Below, piece after piece: positions 22,001 through 33,531 of a stretch of 64,000 nucleotides of DNA. The stretch is from positions 3,844,001-3,908,000 of the forward strand of contig CAKKNE010000003.1 in NCBI GenBank assembly GCA_918797485.1, written 5' to 3'. Numbering within the stretch: the stretch's first letter is position 1; every line of letters begins with the position of its first letter. The position numbers were made by a program, and so were the translations under genes. The stretch is from Pelagomonas calceolata. Lineage: Eukaryota. The notes under the pieces are model-generated. The model ran no database searches. It was given only the letters and a program-made list of their open reading frames with translations, and was not told where the DNA came from.

Positions 22001-22644
22001 GCGCGTGCGAGCGCCGCGGCGCTACGGGCCAGCTCGACGCGCTCGCGGCCCTCGTGGCGCGGACGCCGGCCTTCGATCCGCTCCGGGCGGTGGCGCCCGC
22101 CATCGAGAAGCTCGCGGACGTGAGCAAGCTCCCCTGCCCCCTCGACACAGAGGTCCGGGCGTCGGCCGCGCTCAAGGCGTTGTGCTCCCTCACGCTCGCG
22201 CCGCTGCGCACGGCCACGGTGGCGCCGCCGCCGCTCAAGGACTGGAAGCTGACCGTCGACCTGGGGCTTGGCAAGGGTTGGAAGATCAAGAACATGGAAG
22301 AGTTCTTCGCCGACCCGGTCGCCGATAAGAAGACCCTCTCCATTCGGGACGACGACGAGGAGCGCATGGCGCGGAAGCTCGAAGAGCTCCAGAGCCCCGA
22401 CGCGTTCACGACCACGCGCACCGAGTCCCGCTACGGTCCCCGCCTCGAGATTGCCAAGGTCCCCGCCGGCCAGGCGCCCAAGGAGGACATCCGCGCGCGC
22501 ATCGCATCCGAGGAGCTGCGCGCCAAGGACCTCGCCACGCTCCGCACGTTGGAGGGCCTCCTGCCGCAGCCGTCGGGACCGCCCACGGCCGGGGACTCGT
22601 CCAGCGACGACGAGCCGGAGAAGAAGAAGCAGCGCTCCCTCTGA
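19043..22644 (+). CDS. 2OG-Fe(II) oxygenase with inserted SAP-like domains and long helical C-terminus; exons 19043-20590, 20653-22644
   Basis: YEAGGHFSPHRD (HxD), GGALEV, AFYADCEHE (His), GYRVALTYNL; SAP motif LKVVELRAALEAAGADTKGLKAALVERL. Confidence 0.8.
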
Positions 22645-22678
22645 GCCGAATAAGTGTCCAGTGCTTGTGTCTAGCTGA

Positions 22679-24154
22679 TCCGGTGCGACCCGAATTGTAG
22701 CTCCATTTTTTTTGGGAGACGAGGATGAGAAGAGAGCATTGGCCGTAAAGTGAGACGATATGCGCGTGCGTATAAGCGCGGATGTTTCGACACCTTTCTT
22801 CTTCGTCACGAGCATCGATCGGCCGTAGCGCTGCAGAGGCCTGAAAACTGTAACCCTATGCGTGCGCGAGACTTCCGATCCGCGCAGGCCAATTTCATTA
22901 GCGTGGTCGTCGCCACGGTCGGAGCAGCTGGACTCACGGTAGGCTCTGTCATGAGCGCGGCCAAGGCGAAGGCGGAGACTGCGAAGTCGCAGGGAGATGT
23001 CATCTTCGACAAGGCCTCAAGTGGTGCTATCCGGAATCGCACGAGCTTTATGCACGACGCCAAAAACGAACTCAACGACCTGTTTGAGTACATGCGCAAG
23101 TTCGAGCGCGAAACAGGCGTGAAGCTGATTATTGTTGCTTTCGTGGACGACCTGGACCGCTGCATCGGTGGCGACAAAATATTGAAGATGCTCGAAGCGG
23201 TTCAACTGCTGCTCAGCATCCACGCGGCCCCGGTGATCACCTTCCTCGCCATCGATCCACGTGCGAGTTCGGCGTCATTTGGGGATCTCCTGAGGCAGGA
23301 TCGACGCGACCGTCCACGCGCGCAGGTATCGTCGTGTCGTCGATAGAAGAAAGCTTCACGGAGGTCATGCGGAACACGCACGTGACGGGCTGGGAGCTCG
23401 ACGCGGCGCAGACTTTCGGTGCCTTCATCGCTCGCGCACGTCGTCGCGAAGCCGCGCCAGCTTCAGCACACATAGGTACCTAGACAAAATCCTCCAGTTT
23501 CCTGTGTCGCTGCAGCAGCCTCCAGCACACAAGATTCGGAACTACGTAGCACATGTTGTGGATCCGGTCGTCGTCAAAGATGCAGCGACGGATGCGGATG
23601 GGTTCTACCATTGGCTCGCTGGCCTCGATTTCGATAGTGATAAGCAGATTATCGTGTTTCCTGAAGACGACAAAGTCTATAACAGAAATGGTCTGTTGTT
23701 TGAATACGCGCGCGAGTTGCATGCGATGAGTGGGAACGCAGGGATATTTTCCATTGATAACCCCGTTTTCCAAGAAATCAGAATACAAATTGATTCAAAA
23801 TCTCGCTTCCAACCCGACGAAATAGTCGTTCGGGGGAGCTTACCTCTTAACGGCAAGGCGAAAATTTGGGCGGACGGCCACTAGGACATTGTCGGCAAGG
23901 CGGACGATGAACATCTTTGTCTGCTCAAGTACTCATTCAATCTGACGCCGGCTATTCGCGAAGAACTTTCGAAGGAACTCAGCTCGATGCTCACAGAGCG
24001 CGAGCCGCACTTCGGTAATGAACTCACCCTGCGTTCGGAGTCGGTTGAGCACAAAAGCTCTTATGTGATGAAGCCCCGGCGCACCTCGACCATAGCGAAG
24101 ACGGAAGACACTGCGACGGCGAGCCCTAGCGACGCACCCCCGGAAGGGTCGTAG
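22679..24154 (+). pseudogene. 5'-truncated KAP-family P-loop NTPase with an internal stop
   Basis: Walker B FVDDLDRC; introns 23261-23325 and 23396-23475 restore AIDPRIVVSSIE and GWEYLDKILQFP; TAG at 23882-23884, after which the same frame stays open (LLKYSFNLTPAIRE); no Walker A. Confidence 0.7.
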
Positions 24155-24313
24155 GCTGATCACGCGGGTCCCTCCCGCGATGCCGACTGGCTAAGTAGAG
24201 TTCCTAAACACGGACATACTAGATACCGATCGATACGATACGTTACACTCGGCCAGCGCGCGGCCCGGGCTTACAACGAAACCTGCCGGGCAACACCAGC
24301 GTCGCGTCAACGT

Positions 24314-27300
24314 CTATTTCTTCTTGAGCACCTTCTTGGGCTTGGCGTTGTTCGCGTCCGCGACGGGCTTCTTGCCACCCTTGCCCTTGGCCTGGCCGCG
24401 GCCGCCCCGACCGCGGCCGCGGCCATTGTCCCGACCGCGCCCGCGCCCCTCTCGGCCCCGCCCGCGCCCGTCGCGCCCGCGCCCCCGGCCCGACCGAAGG
24501 GCCGCGCCGCCGACGCTATTCCGACCGGTACCGATCAAGCGCCGTTGTTCGGCCGCTAAAACATCCCGCGCCGCGTCCGCCGCCTTGCGCAGCCTCACTG
24601 ATAAAGGCGCCCGCGCCACCGTCGCACTTAACGCCGCCCGCAAGCGCAATCGCAGCACCAGCAGCTTGTCTAGGATATTATCGTCCATCGCGTACCGCAG
24701 CCACCCGTCGATGAGTAGCGTGCTACCGCTTCGAGCCACGTCGGAATGGCACAGTAGAGCCAGCGTCAGCGGCGCGCAGGGCTGGTTCGTGGCCAGTTTC
24801 AGGCCCGTTCGAAAGGCCGCGTCACTTTCAAGTAACGCCCCGAAACATAAAAGTTGGGGCGTCGACCCCTCGTGCGGGTTGCAAGACGCGAACGGCGACT
24901 CGCGATCCCCCGCCAACGACTGGTTGTGCACTCGACATGACGCGCCCTGCTTCGACGCGTACTGCCCTTTCCCAGGATCTCTCGCGGCGACGTTCGGGTG
25001 AAGAGCCACGCACGCCACGGCGTCGAGACAGCCGTCGTCGCACGGCGCGTTGATCGACTTCGAGGGCACCTCTCGCTCGAGCTGGGCGGCCGCATTTTCG
25101 ACCATTCTTAGGGTCGCAAAGCCGAGCGAATGCTTCCGGCAGTACTGGCTCTTCTGCGCGCCCGCACTCGCGAAGCCGGCCGCCGCATTTCGTAAGGCAG
25201 CAACATCAGATCTAGACGCGCCGCCCAATTCCCTTCGGGATCGATTCCTCTCGAAGCCGTCCTTCCCGGCCTTCGAGACCTGCGCGCGACAGACATGTGA
25301 TCTCGGCGTTCTGAAGTGTCCGCAGGACTCGTCTCCATCAGAGAAAGCGATGGTCCGAATTCGAGCCGATTCGGACAGAGACTCGGTCCGAACGGCCCCA
25401 AAATCGGAAGAGAGACACTGTACACGCACAAATGGATCTTTGCCGTCCATGCAGCAGACGGCCCGGAACGCGTCCGCGCTCCGCGCGCCGCACAATAAAC
25501 GGCCGTAGCACGCGGCTAAAGCCGGTCGCGGGTCCAGCGGGAGGTGCGCCAAAGCAGCACCTAATGGCGTCGCCAATTCATCATCCGAATACAACGCGCC
25601 CATCGCGATCAGCGACCGCACGGCGTGCTCGACCGCACTTTCGCGCGGCGCGTTCAGCGCCCTTCCGAGAAAATCTCTAGCCGTCCACGACGCCTCGTCT
25701 ATGACCGAGGAAGGCATGACCCGCAGGGCCGTCGCATGGAGACACAGGCCCTCCAAATTCAACCGCAGGAGCTCGGAAGGTCGACTCACCTCCATGACCT
25801 CGTGCCTTCGCCGCGTATAGAGCCGGAAGCAGACACCTGGTCTCGTTCTACCCGCTCGGCCTCTTCGTTGGTTCGCGGACGCTTGCGAGACGTAGCCCGC
25901 GCGGAGCACCGAGGCGCCTGCGCGGTGACGACGCGGTCACAGGGACGTCGCGCCGATGGCGTGCGGCGCCCCTCCCCGCCGTCGCCGCGACGCGTCGACG
26001 GCGTCGTGACGCCATCGACGCGACCTTGAAGTTCGGAAACGTTCGGAGCATCGCGGTCGCTCGACTCGGTCTGAACGGCCTCAAAATCGCATAAAAAACC
26101 ACCCAGCGCCATGATTCTAGGAAACGACGTCGCACGACCCACTCAAACCGCGAACGGTCCACGTTGAAGTCAAGTTCAACACACTGAGTCAGCGCCCAAA
26201 TGGTCGTCGTATTTTACAATTTTCTCGAGCCCAGCATCGATCACGAAACTGACGTCGGGGATCGTCACGGACGTCTCCGCCACGTTCGTCGCGAGCACGA
26301 CCTTCCACTGCTTTGGGTCGGACGGCGGGCGGAAGGCGTCGCGCTGCTTGCTCGACTCGATGCTGCCGTGGAGCGGGACGACCCACAGCGACGCCGCGAC
26401 GGATGACTCCTCCAATTTATCTTGGCACCGCTCGATGTCGTGCCAGCCGGACACAAACACCAGTATAGCACCCTTGTCGTATGAGCTATAAAGTATGTAC
26501 TCCACGAGGGCCGCGACGAGGTCCGGATCCAGCGTCTGGTCGTCGACCGACCGCTGGTACTGCCGCACCAACGCGTCGCCCTCGGCGTCCGCGTGGACCT
26601 GCTTGCCGCCCGCCGAGACCCGGTTCACCGCGCGCTCGTCGTCCTCATAGGACGTAGCCGTAAAGTCGACCTCAGTTTCAACAACCTCTTCCTCGAGGTC
26701 CCTCGTGCGGAGCATCTCGGCGAGCACGGCGGCGTCGTCGTCGCCCGTCACGGCGTCGCTGCTCGCCACGGGCTCGCCGAAACATTCCGCGGCATGATCT
26801 CCCAGTTCTTCCACAGAACCGAAGCCCGCGCGACCGCACATGGCGCACTTCAATCCGGCATCTAAAACTTTTGAGGCCTCGAGGACCTCCTTCTTGAAGT
26901 CCTGGTCGTCGGTCTTGAGGGCTTCCGCTCGAGAATTCATGTCCGCTGCCAGTGTGACGTACCTGCGTTCGGCGTTGTCTCGCGGTGCTGCGGCGCCTTC
27001 ACGCCATCGCCGCGACGCGTCGCCGACTCCAGCGTCGCGTCGACGGCGTGGCGATCATCGGACGCCGCTACGCGCTTCGTCTGCTTGAGCACGTCCTCGA
27101 GGAAGAACGTCGTGACGGGATAGTTCGTGCCGCCCATGGAGCACGACGGGCACCCGCCAAAATAGTCGCCGAGCTTCTGCAGGCCCAAAGTTGCCGACAT
27201 GAGCACTAATTTTAACGGAGGCGGCGCTACGTCAGGTGATGCGTCATACGCTTCTCTCCGTCGCGCTACTAACTCCCGCAACGCCACGAGCAAGAACTCC

Positions 27301-28190
27301 GTGTCCCGGTCCTCCTCGTGGACCTCGTCCAGCAAAAAGTGCGTGTACGACACGAGGTCGGGGTCGGAGCCGAGCTTCCGCAGCAACACTCCGGGCGTCG
27401 CGAACAACAACCGTGTCTTGGCCGAGAACGAGGACTCGAAGCGCACTTGGTACCCGACGGTCGAGCCGCAGGTCTCGCCCCTCTCGGCAGCGACGCGCTC
27501 GGCCACGGCGATCGCTGAGAGTCGCCTAGGCTGCGAACAGGCAATACTCGCCTCACACGCCGACGCGTCGAACAAAAACTGGGGCACCTGCGTGCTCTTC
27601 CCACATCCCGTCTCGCCCGCGACGAGCACCACATCGTGCCTCTTTACCAAATCGACGACCTTGGAGCGCGCCTCCCAGGCCGGCAGCTTCTGACGCGCTT
27701 TACGCATGGCCGACGGCGCCGTCGCGCACTCCGGCTTCGTTTTGGCGTAGTCGATGACCGCGGCTCTCGACTTGTGGCGGTTTTTGACGTTTCTCAGCGT
27801 ACTGCGAACGGTGCCCGGTTCCGGGCTTGGTTTCGCGTCCGCGACTCGCCCTTCCCTCGCATCATTGAGTTCCTCTGGCGTGGGAGGGTGGGCCCTGAAG
27901 TGGGCGTCGAGGACGACGGCCGCGTCCTTGGCTAAGTCTAGTCTAGGAGCATCCTCAGCTAAAGCCACAACTCTTTGAGGTTTCCACACAGTTAAAAAGC
28001 GCTCGGCCCCTTTGCCCTGTGATTTTGTCTTGAGGCCTAATTTGGGGGCGTGGGCGTGGACGAAGCGGCGCTCTTCACTCGTGAGCGTCGGCGGGAATTG
28101 GAGTTCTCTATTGGCGCTTCGGCAGAATCCATCCAACTGCTTCTCTATTTTAATCCGCCAGGTCTCGCGGCCGGGCGTGAAGCCGGACAT
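24314..28190 (-). CDS. R3H-containing DExH-box RNA helicase (DHX36/YTHDC2-like); exons 28190-27076, 26962-26196, 25917-25430, 25279-24314
   Basis: R3H (EERRFVHAHA), GETGCGKST, QPRRLSA, DEVH, MSAT, ATNVAETSVTI, QRRGRAGR, RGG tail; exon lengths sum in frame. Confidence 0.9.
25918..26195 (-). mobile_element. GC-AG introner-like intron, GYGCTGACTCAG family (278 nt)
   Basis: GCGCTGACTCAGTGTGTTGAACTTGAC 5' end; GGCGC at both junctions; restores HLGASVLRAG. Confidence 0.75.
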
Positions 28191-28358
28191 CGTGTTCGCT
28201 GCGTGCTCTGGTTTCGGCTGCGGCAGCGTACGCTCCCGTTTCGCGCGCTCAGGCTTGCCGGCACGAATGGCTGGTCCAAGAGCAGGTCTTTGACGATCCC
28301 AGCGATGCGCGCCGATGGCTGCGCGGTGCTCGCGTCTAAGCCGGGCTAAAAGCTGCAA

Positions 28359-28381
28359 CTAGCGTATGTAAAGACACTAGC
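28359..28381 (+). promoter_or_regulatory. CTAG-box motif copy
   Basis: CTAGCGTATGTAAAGACACTAGC; upstream of the helicase. Confidence 0.65.
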
Positions 28382-28668
28382 TTTACAGACACTTTTTCTT
28401 TTGACGACGTCGAGCTAACGATCCCCGGCACACGGCGCGAGGTCGATATAACGCAAGACTAGTTAGGTGAAGACCATTAAGCCATACCGCCGCCGCCGCT
28501 CCAAAAAAGACGAAGTCAACACTGCATACGCGACTCGGACCTGTAGTACAAGACGGGACAATCTGAAGAAGCGCATTTTGAGTAAACCCCTGTAATATTA
28601 TAGGCGTCGCCCCGAGCCTTGGAATGATTACGCGCATAAGTAAACGCAAATCATCGAATTAAGAAGAA

Positions 28669-30120
28669 CTACAGCGCCACCTCCCGGTAGTCCGTATCCG
28701 ACAGCGATCTTCTACGAGGAGACATCGGGTTCTCCGTCGGTTCCACCCAGCGCGGCGGCCTGGATGGGGCCAACCTACAAAATCGCCGGTACAAGATCGG
28801 GTCCGCCCCTTCCAGACCGCGCGGCCGGTCCGCGTAACAGAGGATCGTCGCTTGCGCCGTCGACGCGAGGGGCTCCAGGGCAATGCTGGAAATGACCCAG
28901 CCGCAGAGGAAGGCGCCTCCGACACTCAGGACGGGCGGCGCCTCGACGCTGTCGATCGAGTGGAGCGCGGCGCAGATGATTGCGGTCGAGGCACCGACGA
29001 AGGCAGCACACGCGCGGCAGCCCCTTACGACAGCGTCGCCGTCCAATAACTCCGTGAGCTCCTGGTGGATAATGACACCATCAACATCTCTAGCTGCCGC
29101 AGAAAACGCCTTGCCTCTGAGGAGAGCCCGTCCTAAGCATGCTTCCCGCCGTCGTCGTTTTGTGGACGGGGCGAGGCCGTCGACACTCAAAGCTCGTAGC
29201 AGTTCCATGGGAGGGCACACTAGCGCCGCCTTGGCTATCGTTCCCAATGAATAGGTACATGCTCTTCGTATCAACGGTTTGAGACTATCACCCTCGCCGG
29301 CCAACCGCCGCTCGAGGTCCGCCGCCACCACGGCTCGAACAGCTAATCGCCACGCCTGGCACGTCCAGGCGGCGTGGGCCAGCACCAGAATCACATACGC
29401 GTCGTTGCCGTCTCGCAGGACGCCGGCCACGAGCAAGAAATGGAGTGCTTGCGCCGCCGTCGCTATTATCGAAACGCGGGGCCAGGGCACGAGGCGCGAT
29501 AAAGCGACGGTCGCCAAAACGTAGCTACTGTCATTTACAGCCTTCCGCCTCGACAGGTACAGAGCAAGGGCCAAGAATGCAAAGGTCACGCATAATAGAG
29601 CCCAGGGTATCGAATGGGTCCTCTCGACCCGTACCCCGCAGAGCAAAGCTAGTGCTGTCACCACAAGTATTGCTGGAGCGTGGGAGGCGTTTAATGCGTT
29701 TCCAGCAGAATCATCACTTAGCGACGCTAATGAAGCCATGACAGCAACTAACGCCCAGGCGACAATTGGTGAGGCGTCCACGGACCGCGCTTTGAGTACC
29801 ATAACACCCACGGCGCCCAGCGCCTGCAACGCAAAGACAAACGCCCAAACTCTATCTCGGGCCGTCTTCGGCTCCTTGAGGACCGGGCCCCCTCGAGGTG
29901 AGGGAGGCGGTCTTCCATCAATATAGCCTCCAGAGGTCACGCGGACTAAAGGTCTCGGCGGCGACACGAGGCCCTGCTCTTCGGGATCGTCCGTCGCCGT
30001 GTCGACCTGCAGCGAGGCTAATCTAGCGATGTCGCCGGCCTCGCGGACAAAATCAACGTCGTCGTTGTCGCCGTGGAAGAGGGACTCGGTTGCGCCCTCG
30101 GGCGACTGGGGCTCCTCCAT
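28669..30120 (-). CDS. Choline transporter-like (CTL/SLC44/PNS1) membrane protein
   Basis: RDRVWAFVF, multiple TMs, RRACTYSLGTIA, TILCYAD. Confidence 0.7.
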   Translation of the reverse strand: MEEPQSPEGATESLFHGDNDDVDFVREAGDIARLASLQVDTATDDPEEQGLVSPPRPLVRVTSGGYIDGRPPPSPRGGPVLKEPKTARDRVWAFVFALQALGAVGVMVLKARSVDASPIVAWALVAVMASLASLSDDSAGNALNASHAPAILVVTALALLCGVRVERTHSIPWALLCVTFAFLALALYLSRRKAVNDSSYVLATVALSRLVPWPRVSIIATAAQALHFLLVAGVLRDGNDAYVILVLAHAAWTCQAWRLAVRAVVAADLERRLAGEGDSLKPLIRRACTYSLGTIAKAALVCPPMELLRALSVDGLAPSTKRRRREACLGRALLRGKAFSAAARDVDGVIIHQELTELLDGDAVVRGCRACAAFVGASTAIICAALHSIDSVEAPPVLSVGGAFLCGWVISSIALEPLASTAQATILCYADRPRGLEGADPILYRRFCRLAPSRPPRWVEPTENPMSPRRRSLSDTDYREVAL

Positions 30121-30794
30121 GGCTGCTGCCGGTGCTGCCAAGCCCTTTGAAGGGAGCAGGTCTGCCTTGGGGCTGCCGGTACGTGCCTTGGGGCTGCCGC
30201 AGCGGTGGCGCTTTGAGGTGTACACGGCCGGGGCAGGTCGCACGCGGTTGTGGCGTGGCCCGGGACGACGGCTTCGGGCAGCAGCGCCCGATGCCTTCTC
30301 TTTTTTTTGACATGCATCTACCGCGCGGGTTTTGCCGCGACGCGCGCGACGGCGTTTGCGGTGCCAGGTAAGCGTCAGCGGAGGCGCCACGGGCTACCGC
30401 GGGAGCCCCGCCACCTCGGAGGAGGGGACACGCGCCGCCGCGTAAGCGGCTCGCGGCTTGGGCTTTGCACCGGCGGCCGCGCGGGAGCTCTCTCGCGCGA
30501 TTCTTGCGCCCGTACGCGCCGACAGCGAGTCTGTCCTCACGGGTTTTACAGGTGCAGATTTGTTGCTTCTGGGCAATCAGGCGCTCCAGGCCCAGTCTGA
30601 GGCCACCTGACCGTATAGACATAACTCACAACAAAGACGGACACGCGTGGTTGCCAAGAACCGTGCAAAAAGCCCTGGTCTGCTGAGATTCAGCCCTGAG
30701 AGCAGGTCAGATATTTTTAACCTGCGGCATCCGGAGGGCGGCGCCCCGCTAATTCAATCGTAATCGTCGCACCACCGCTCGCCCTACCACCACC

Positions 30795-31121
30795 ATGAGC
30801 GCGGCCGGCGACCGGCGGCTCGACGACGCGCACGAGGCCGACCGGCGGACCGTCCGCGCCGTCGACGACGCGCTCCTCCGCGCCTTCTGCGCCGTCCAGG
30901 CGCTCTGCGCCGGGGCCATCGGCGTGGCCTACCCGGCCGTGCTCTGCGCCCTGGCGACGTGGATCTTCATCTTCACGGGCATCGTGGTTTGCAGAGAACT
31001 GATGCACCCGGGCCTCCCTCACATCGTGCACGCTCGTATCGCTCTCGTTCTCAGACCACTCATGCTCAGTCTCAGCTTCAGAATCCATCCGTCGTGCGTA
31101 GCCAGGCGCGCGACTTACTAA
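30795..31121 (+). CDS. Possible small membrane protein
   Basis: ATG ORF with high GC3 in its first half and two hydrophobic stretches; 3' part doubtful. Confidence 0.3.
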   Translation: MSAAGDRRLDDAHEADRRTVRAVDDALLRAFCAVQALCAGAIGVAYPAVLCALATWIFIFTGIVVCRELMHPGLPHIVHARIALVLRPLMLSLSFRIHPSCVARRATY

Positions 31122-31148
31122 GAGCAAAACTTAGGCCCAAAGTTGGTC

Positions 31149-31171
31149 CTAGCGTCCGGTAAGACACTAGC
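31149..31171 (+). promoter_or_regulatory. CTAG-box motif copy
   Basis: CTAGCGTCCGGTAAGACACTAGC. Confidence 0.7.
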
Positions 31172-31360
31172 CATCATAAGCGGGTGGGAGGACCTGAGGC
31201 TGCCGCTGGCGCAGCGCTGGCTATTCGACTCGAGGATCGCGCATCAGTGCTCTATCAGCCACCTCGCAACCGCTCACGAGCCCTGTGCTCACGCCATCGC
31301 GCTGCGGTCGACAACCAGTGCCTGCTCTCCGGTGCCTGCTCTCCGGTGCACTCAAGCCAT

Positions 31361-32431
31361 ATGGAGCCGAAGCCATGCGACAACAATGCTGAAAGTACCG
31401 CGCTGGACCAAGAACTGGACGAGCTGACCTTAGGACCCGACACCGACCGCGTCATGGCTGTGCTCTCCTTAAAGCTGGCGCAGATCAGTCCTATGTCGCG
31501 CGCCAAGCTGACGCATTGCTCCCGCACGACTCGCGAGGTGGTCCTCGAGGCCTGCCCGCTGCCGCTGCAGAGCTGGGTCGCCTCGCCGAACAAAGGGATC
31601 CTCTACGAGGAGCCCCGCGCCTGGCAGGCGCACTGCTATGCCGTGTGCTGGCACGTGCAAGGTCATGAATATATGGAGCCCCGGGCGGCGGGGTGCCCGT
31701 CGGTCGCGCCGTGCGCGCGCGGCGACGGCGCGGGGCTATGGCCGCCGTATCTGGAACGACCGAGCGGCGACGAGGGCCTGCACCTGCGCGGCGGCGTGCT
31801 CATCCTAGCCGCGAGCGACGAGCTCGACTACAAGCGGGAGTATTACGAGGAGCAGCGCGCACTGCTCCCGCACGAGCGTAGCGGGTCGAGGGTCTCGCCG
31901 GTGCCCACCCTCGCGGTCACGCTGCACTGCCCCGCCTTTTCGGAGGTGTACATCCGGTCCGAGGCCGCCAAGGCCGCGTGGGGCCGGTGGGAGGCCTACT
32001 GCGAGGCGAACAACGTCCCCAACATCCGCGGACGGTGCCCCCAGTGTCCCTTCCTCTGGCTCTACCCCCGGGCCGTCCTGGTCAAGATCTGCAGCTTCGC
32101 CGTCGAATACGGCTGCATGATCGACTGGGTCCTTGCGGTCGTGGCACTGGCGCGGGGGGAGGAGTTCTGGGAGCGCGGCGACCGCGAGCCCATCACGTGG
32201 GCGTGGCTCGAGAACAACGTCCTCTTGAACGACTTGAAGTACGATCACGCCGTGCGGCCCGACCTGGTCGAGCAGGGCTACGACAAGAACTACGTGATGC
32301 TCGACTCGGTCCCGGAGGCGCTGCGGGACTTCCTGCGGCGCAAATGGAAGTGCAAGTGGGCCCAGGCCGAGTACGACGACCGCATGCAGTTCATCAAGTC
32401 GAAGCAGGAAATCTTCCAGTTCTTCAGCTGA
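31361..32431 (+). CDS. Hypothetical protein
   Basis: ATG 31361; strong GC3 codon bias; aromatic-rich globular sequence. Confidence 0.65.
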   Translation: MEPKPCDNNAESTALDQELDELTLGPDTDRVMAVLSLKLAQISPMSRAKLTHCSRTTREVVLEACPLPLQSWVASPNKGILYEEPRAWQAHCYAVCWHVQGHEYMEPRAAGCPSVAPCARGDGAGLWPPYLERPSGDEGLHLRGGVLILAASDELDYKREYYEEQRALLPHERSGSRVSPVPTLAVTLHCPAFSEVYIRSEAAKAAWGRWEAYCEANNVPNIRGRCPQCPFLWLYPRAVLVKICSFAVEYGCMIDWVLAVVALARGEEFWERGDREPITWAWLENNVLLNDLKYDHAVRPDLVEQGYDKNYVMLDSVPEALRDFLRRKWKCKWAQAEYDDRMQFIKSKQEIFQFFS

Positions 32432-32473
32432 GCGCCGCCCGCCGAGGTGTGTGTTAATACATGTTACCTAGAT

Positions 32474-33139
32474 CTAAATGAACGCGTCCTCCTCGTCCCC
32501 GCCGTCGTCCTCGCCGAACGACGTCGGCTCCGTCGTCTCGGCAGGTGGCGCGGCGGGCGCGGCGTCGGGCACAGGCGCGGCAGCGGCGGGCGCGGCGTGC
32601 GCGGCCCGGAAGAGCGCGACGAGCTCGGCGTTGTCCTTCACGAGGTCCCGCGCGCTCTCCCCTTTCCGCGTCTTGAGCGCGCGGTTCGCGCCCGCGTCGA
32701 TGAGCGCCTCGATTACTGGTCCGTTTGCGGCCGCCGCCGCGATGTGCAGAGCTGTTTTCCCGGTGCGCTCGCAGGCCGCATCCACGGGGGGGCCCGCCGC
32801 CAACAGACAAGCTACACAATCCGCGCCCTTCTTCGCCGCGAAATGCAAAGCCGTCATGTTGTCCACGGCGCCCAGCGCGACGTCCGCGCCCGCGGCGACG
32901 AGCGCCTCGAGCGCGGCCGTTTGCCCCGCCCAGGCCGCGAGATGCAGGGGCGTCCGCGCGTGCTCGTCGCGCGCATTGATGTCCGGCTTCGTTTGTAGTA
33001 ATTCAGTGATGGCCGCGGCGTCTCCAGTTCGCGCCGCCGCGTGCAAGGGCGTGGTGGCGCCCCGCGGCGCGGCGTCGCTGGCGGCGGGCCGCCGCTTGTG
33101 GGCGGTCTTCTTCTTGAATGAGCGCTTCTTCGGCGCCAT
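32474..33139 (-). CDS. Ankyrin-repeat protein
   Basis: TPLHAAA, TPLHLAA, TALHFAA, TALHIAA. Confidence 0.9.
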   Translation of the reverse strand: MAPKKRSFKKKTAHKRRPAASDAAPRGATTPLHAAARTGDAAAITELLQTKPDINARDEHARTPLHLAAWAGQTAALEALVAAGADVALGAVDNMTALHFAAKKGADCVACLLAAGPPVDAACERTGKTALHIAAAAANGPVIEALIDAGANRALKTRKGESARDLVKDNAELVALFRAAHAAPAAAAPVPDAAPAAPPAETTEPTSFGEDDGGDEEDAFI

Positions 33140-33300
33140 CGATGCTGAGCAGCAGGTGCCAAAATGCCACTGTGGGGTTAGCGCTGCCAAACCGCTGGAC
33201 TGGCTGGACTGGTCGCGTGCACAGGTGCGTCGACGGCGTAAAAATGATCTGTTACTGTATCGCAGCGGGCAAAAAAGCAGGCGCCGCGCGGCCGCATGTG

Positions 33301-33323
33301 CTAGCGGCATGTAAGACACTAGC
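33301..33323 (+). promoter_or_regulatory. CTAG-box motif copy
   Basis: CTAGCGGCATGTAAGACACTAGC; between divergent genes. Confidence 0.7.
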
Positions 33324-33531
33324 CAGAAAGCCAAAACGAGTTTGCGCCGCGGCTACCGAGAAAGAAGCAGCTTCAGGAGGGCTGCCCGTAGTCGCGTGCT
33401 AGATCTTGGCCGCGCAACTGAGCCTCGCGATCTCTCGGCTCCGCCCGGCGGCGCGGAACCGGTTGGGTGCCAGGGGCTGCCCACGATAGCGCGACGCCAG
33501 ACAAGGGCTGCCCGGCAGTAGACCCGTGAAA

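Noticed and set aside
23882..23884. In-frame TAG as programmed readthrough or pyrrolysine
   Set aside because: TAG terminates other genes here and the locus is also 5'-truncated; pseudogenisation is simpler.
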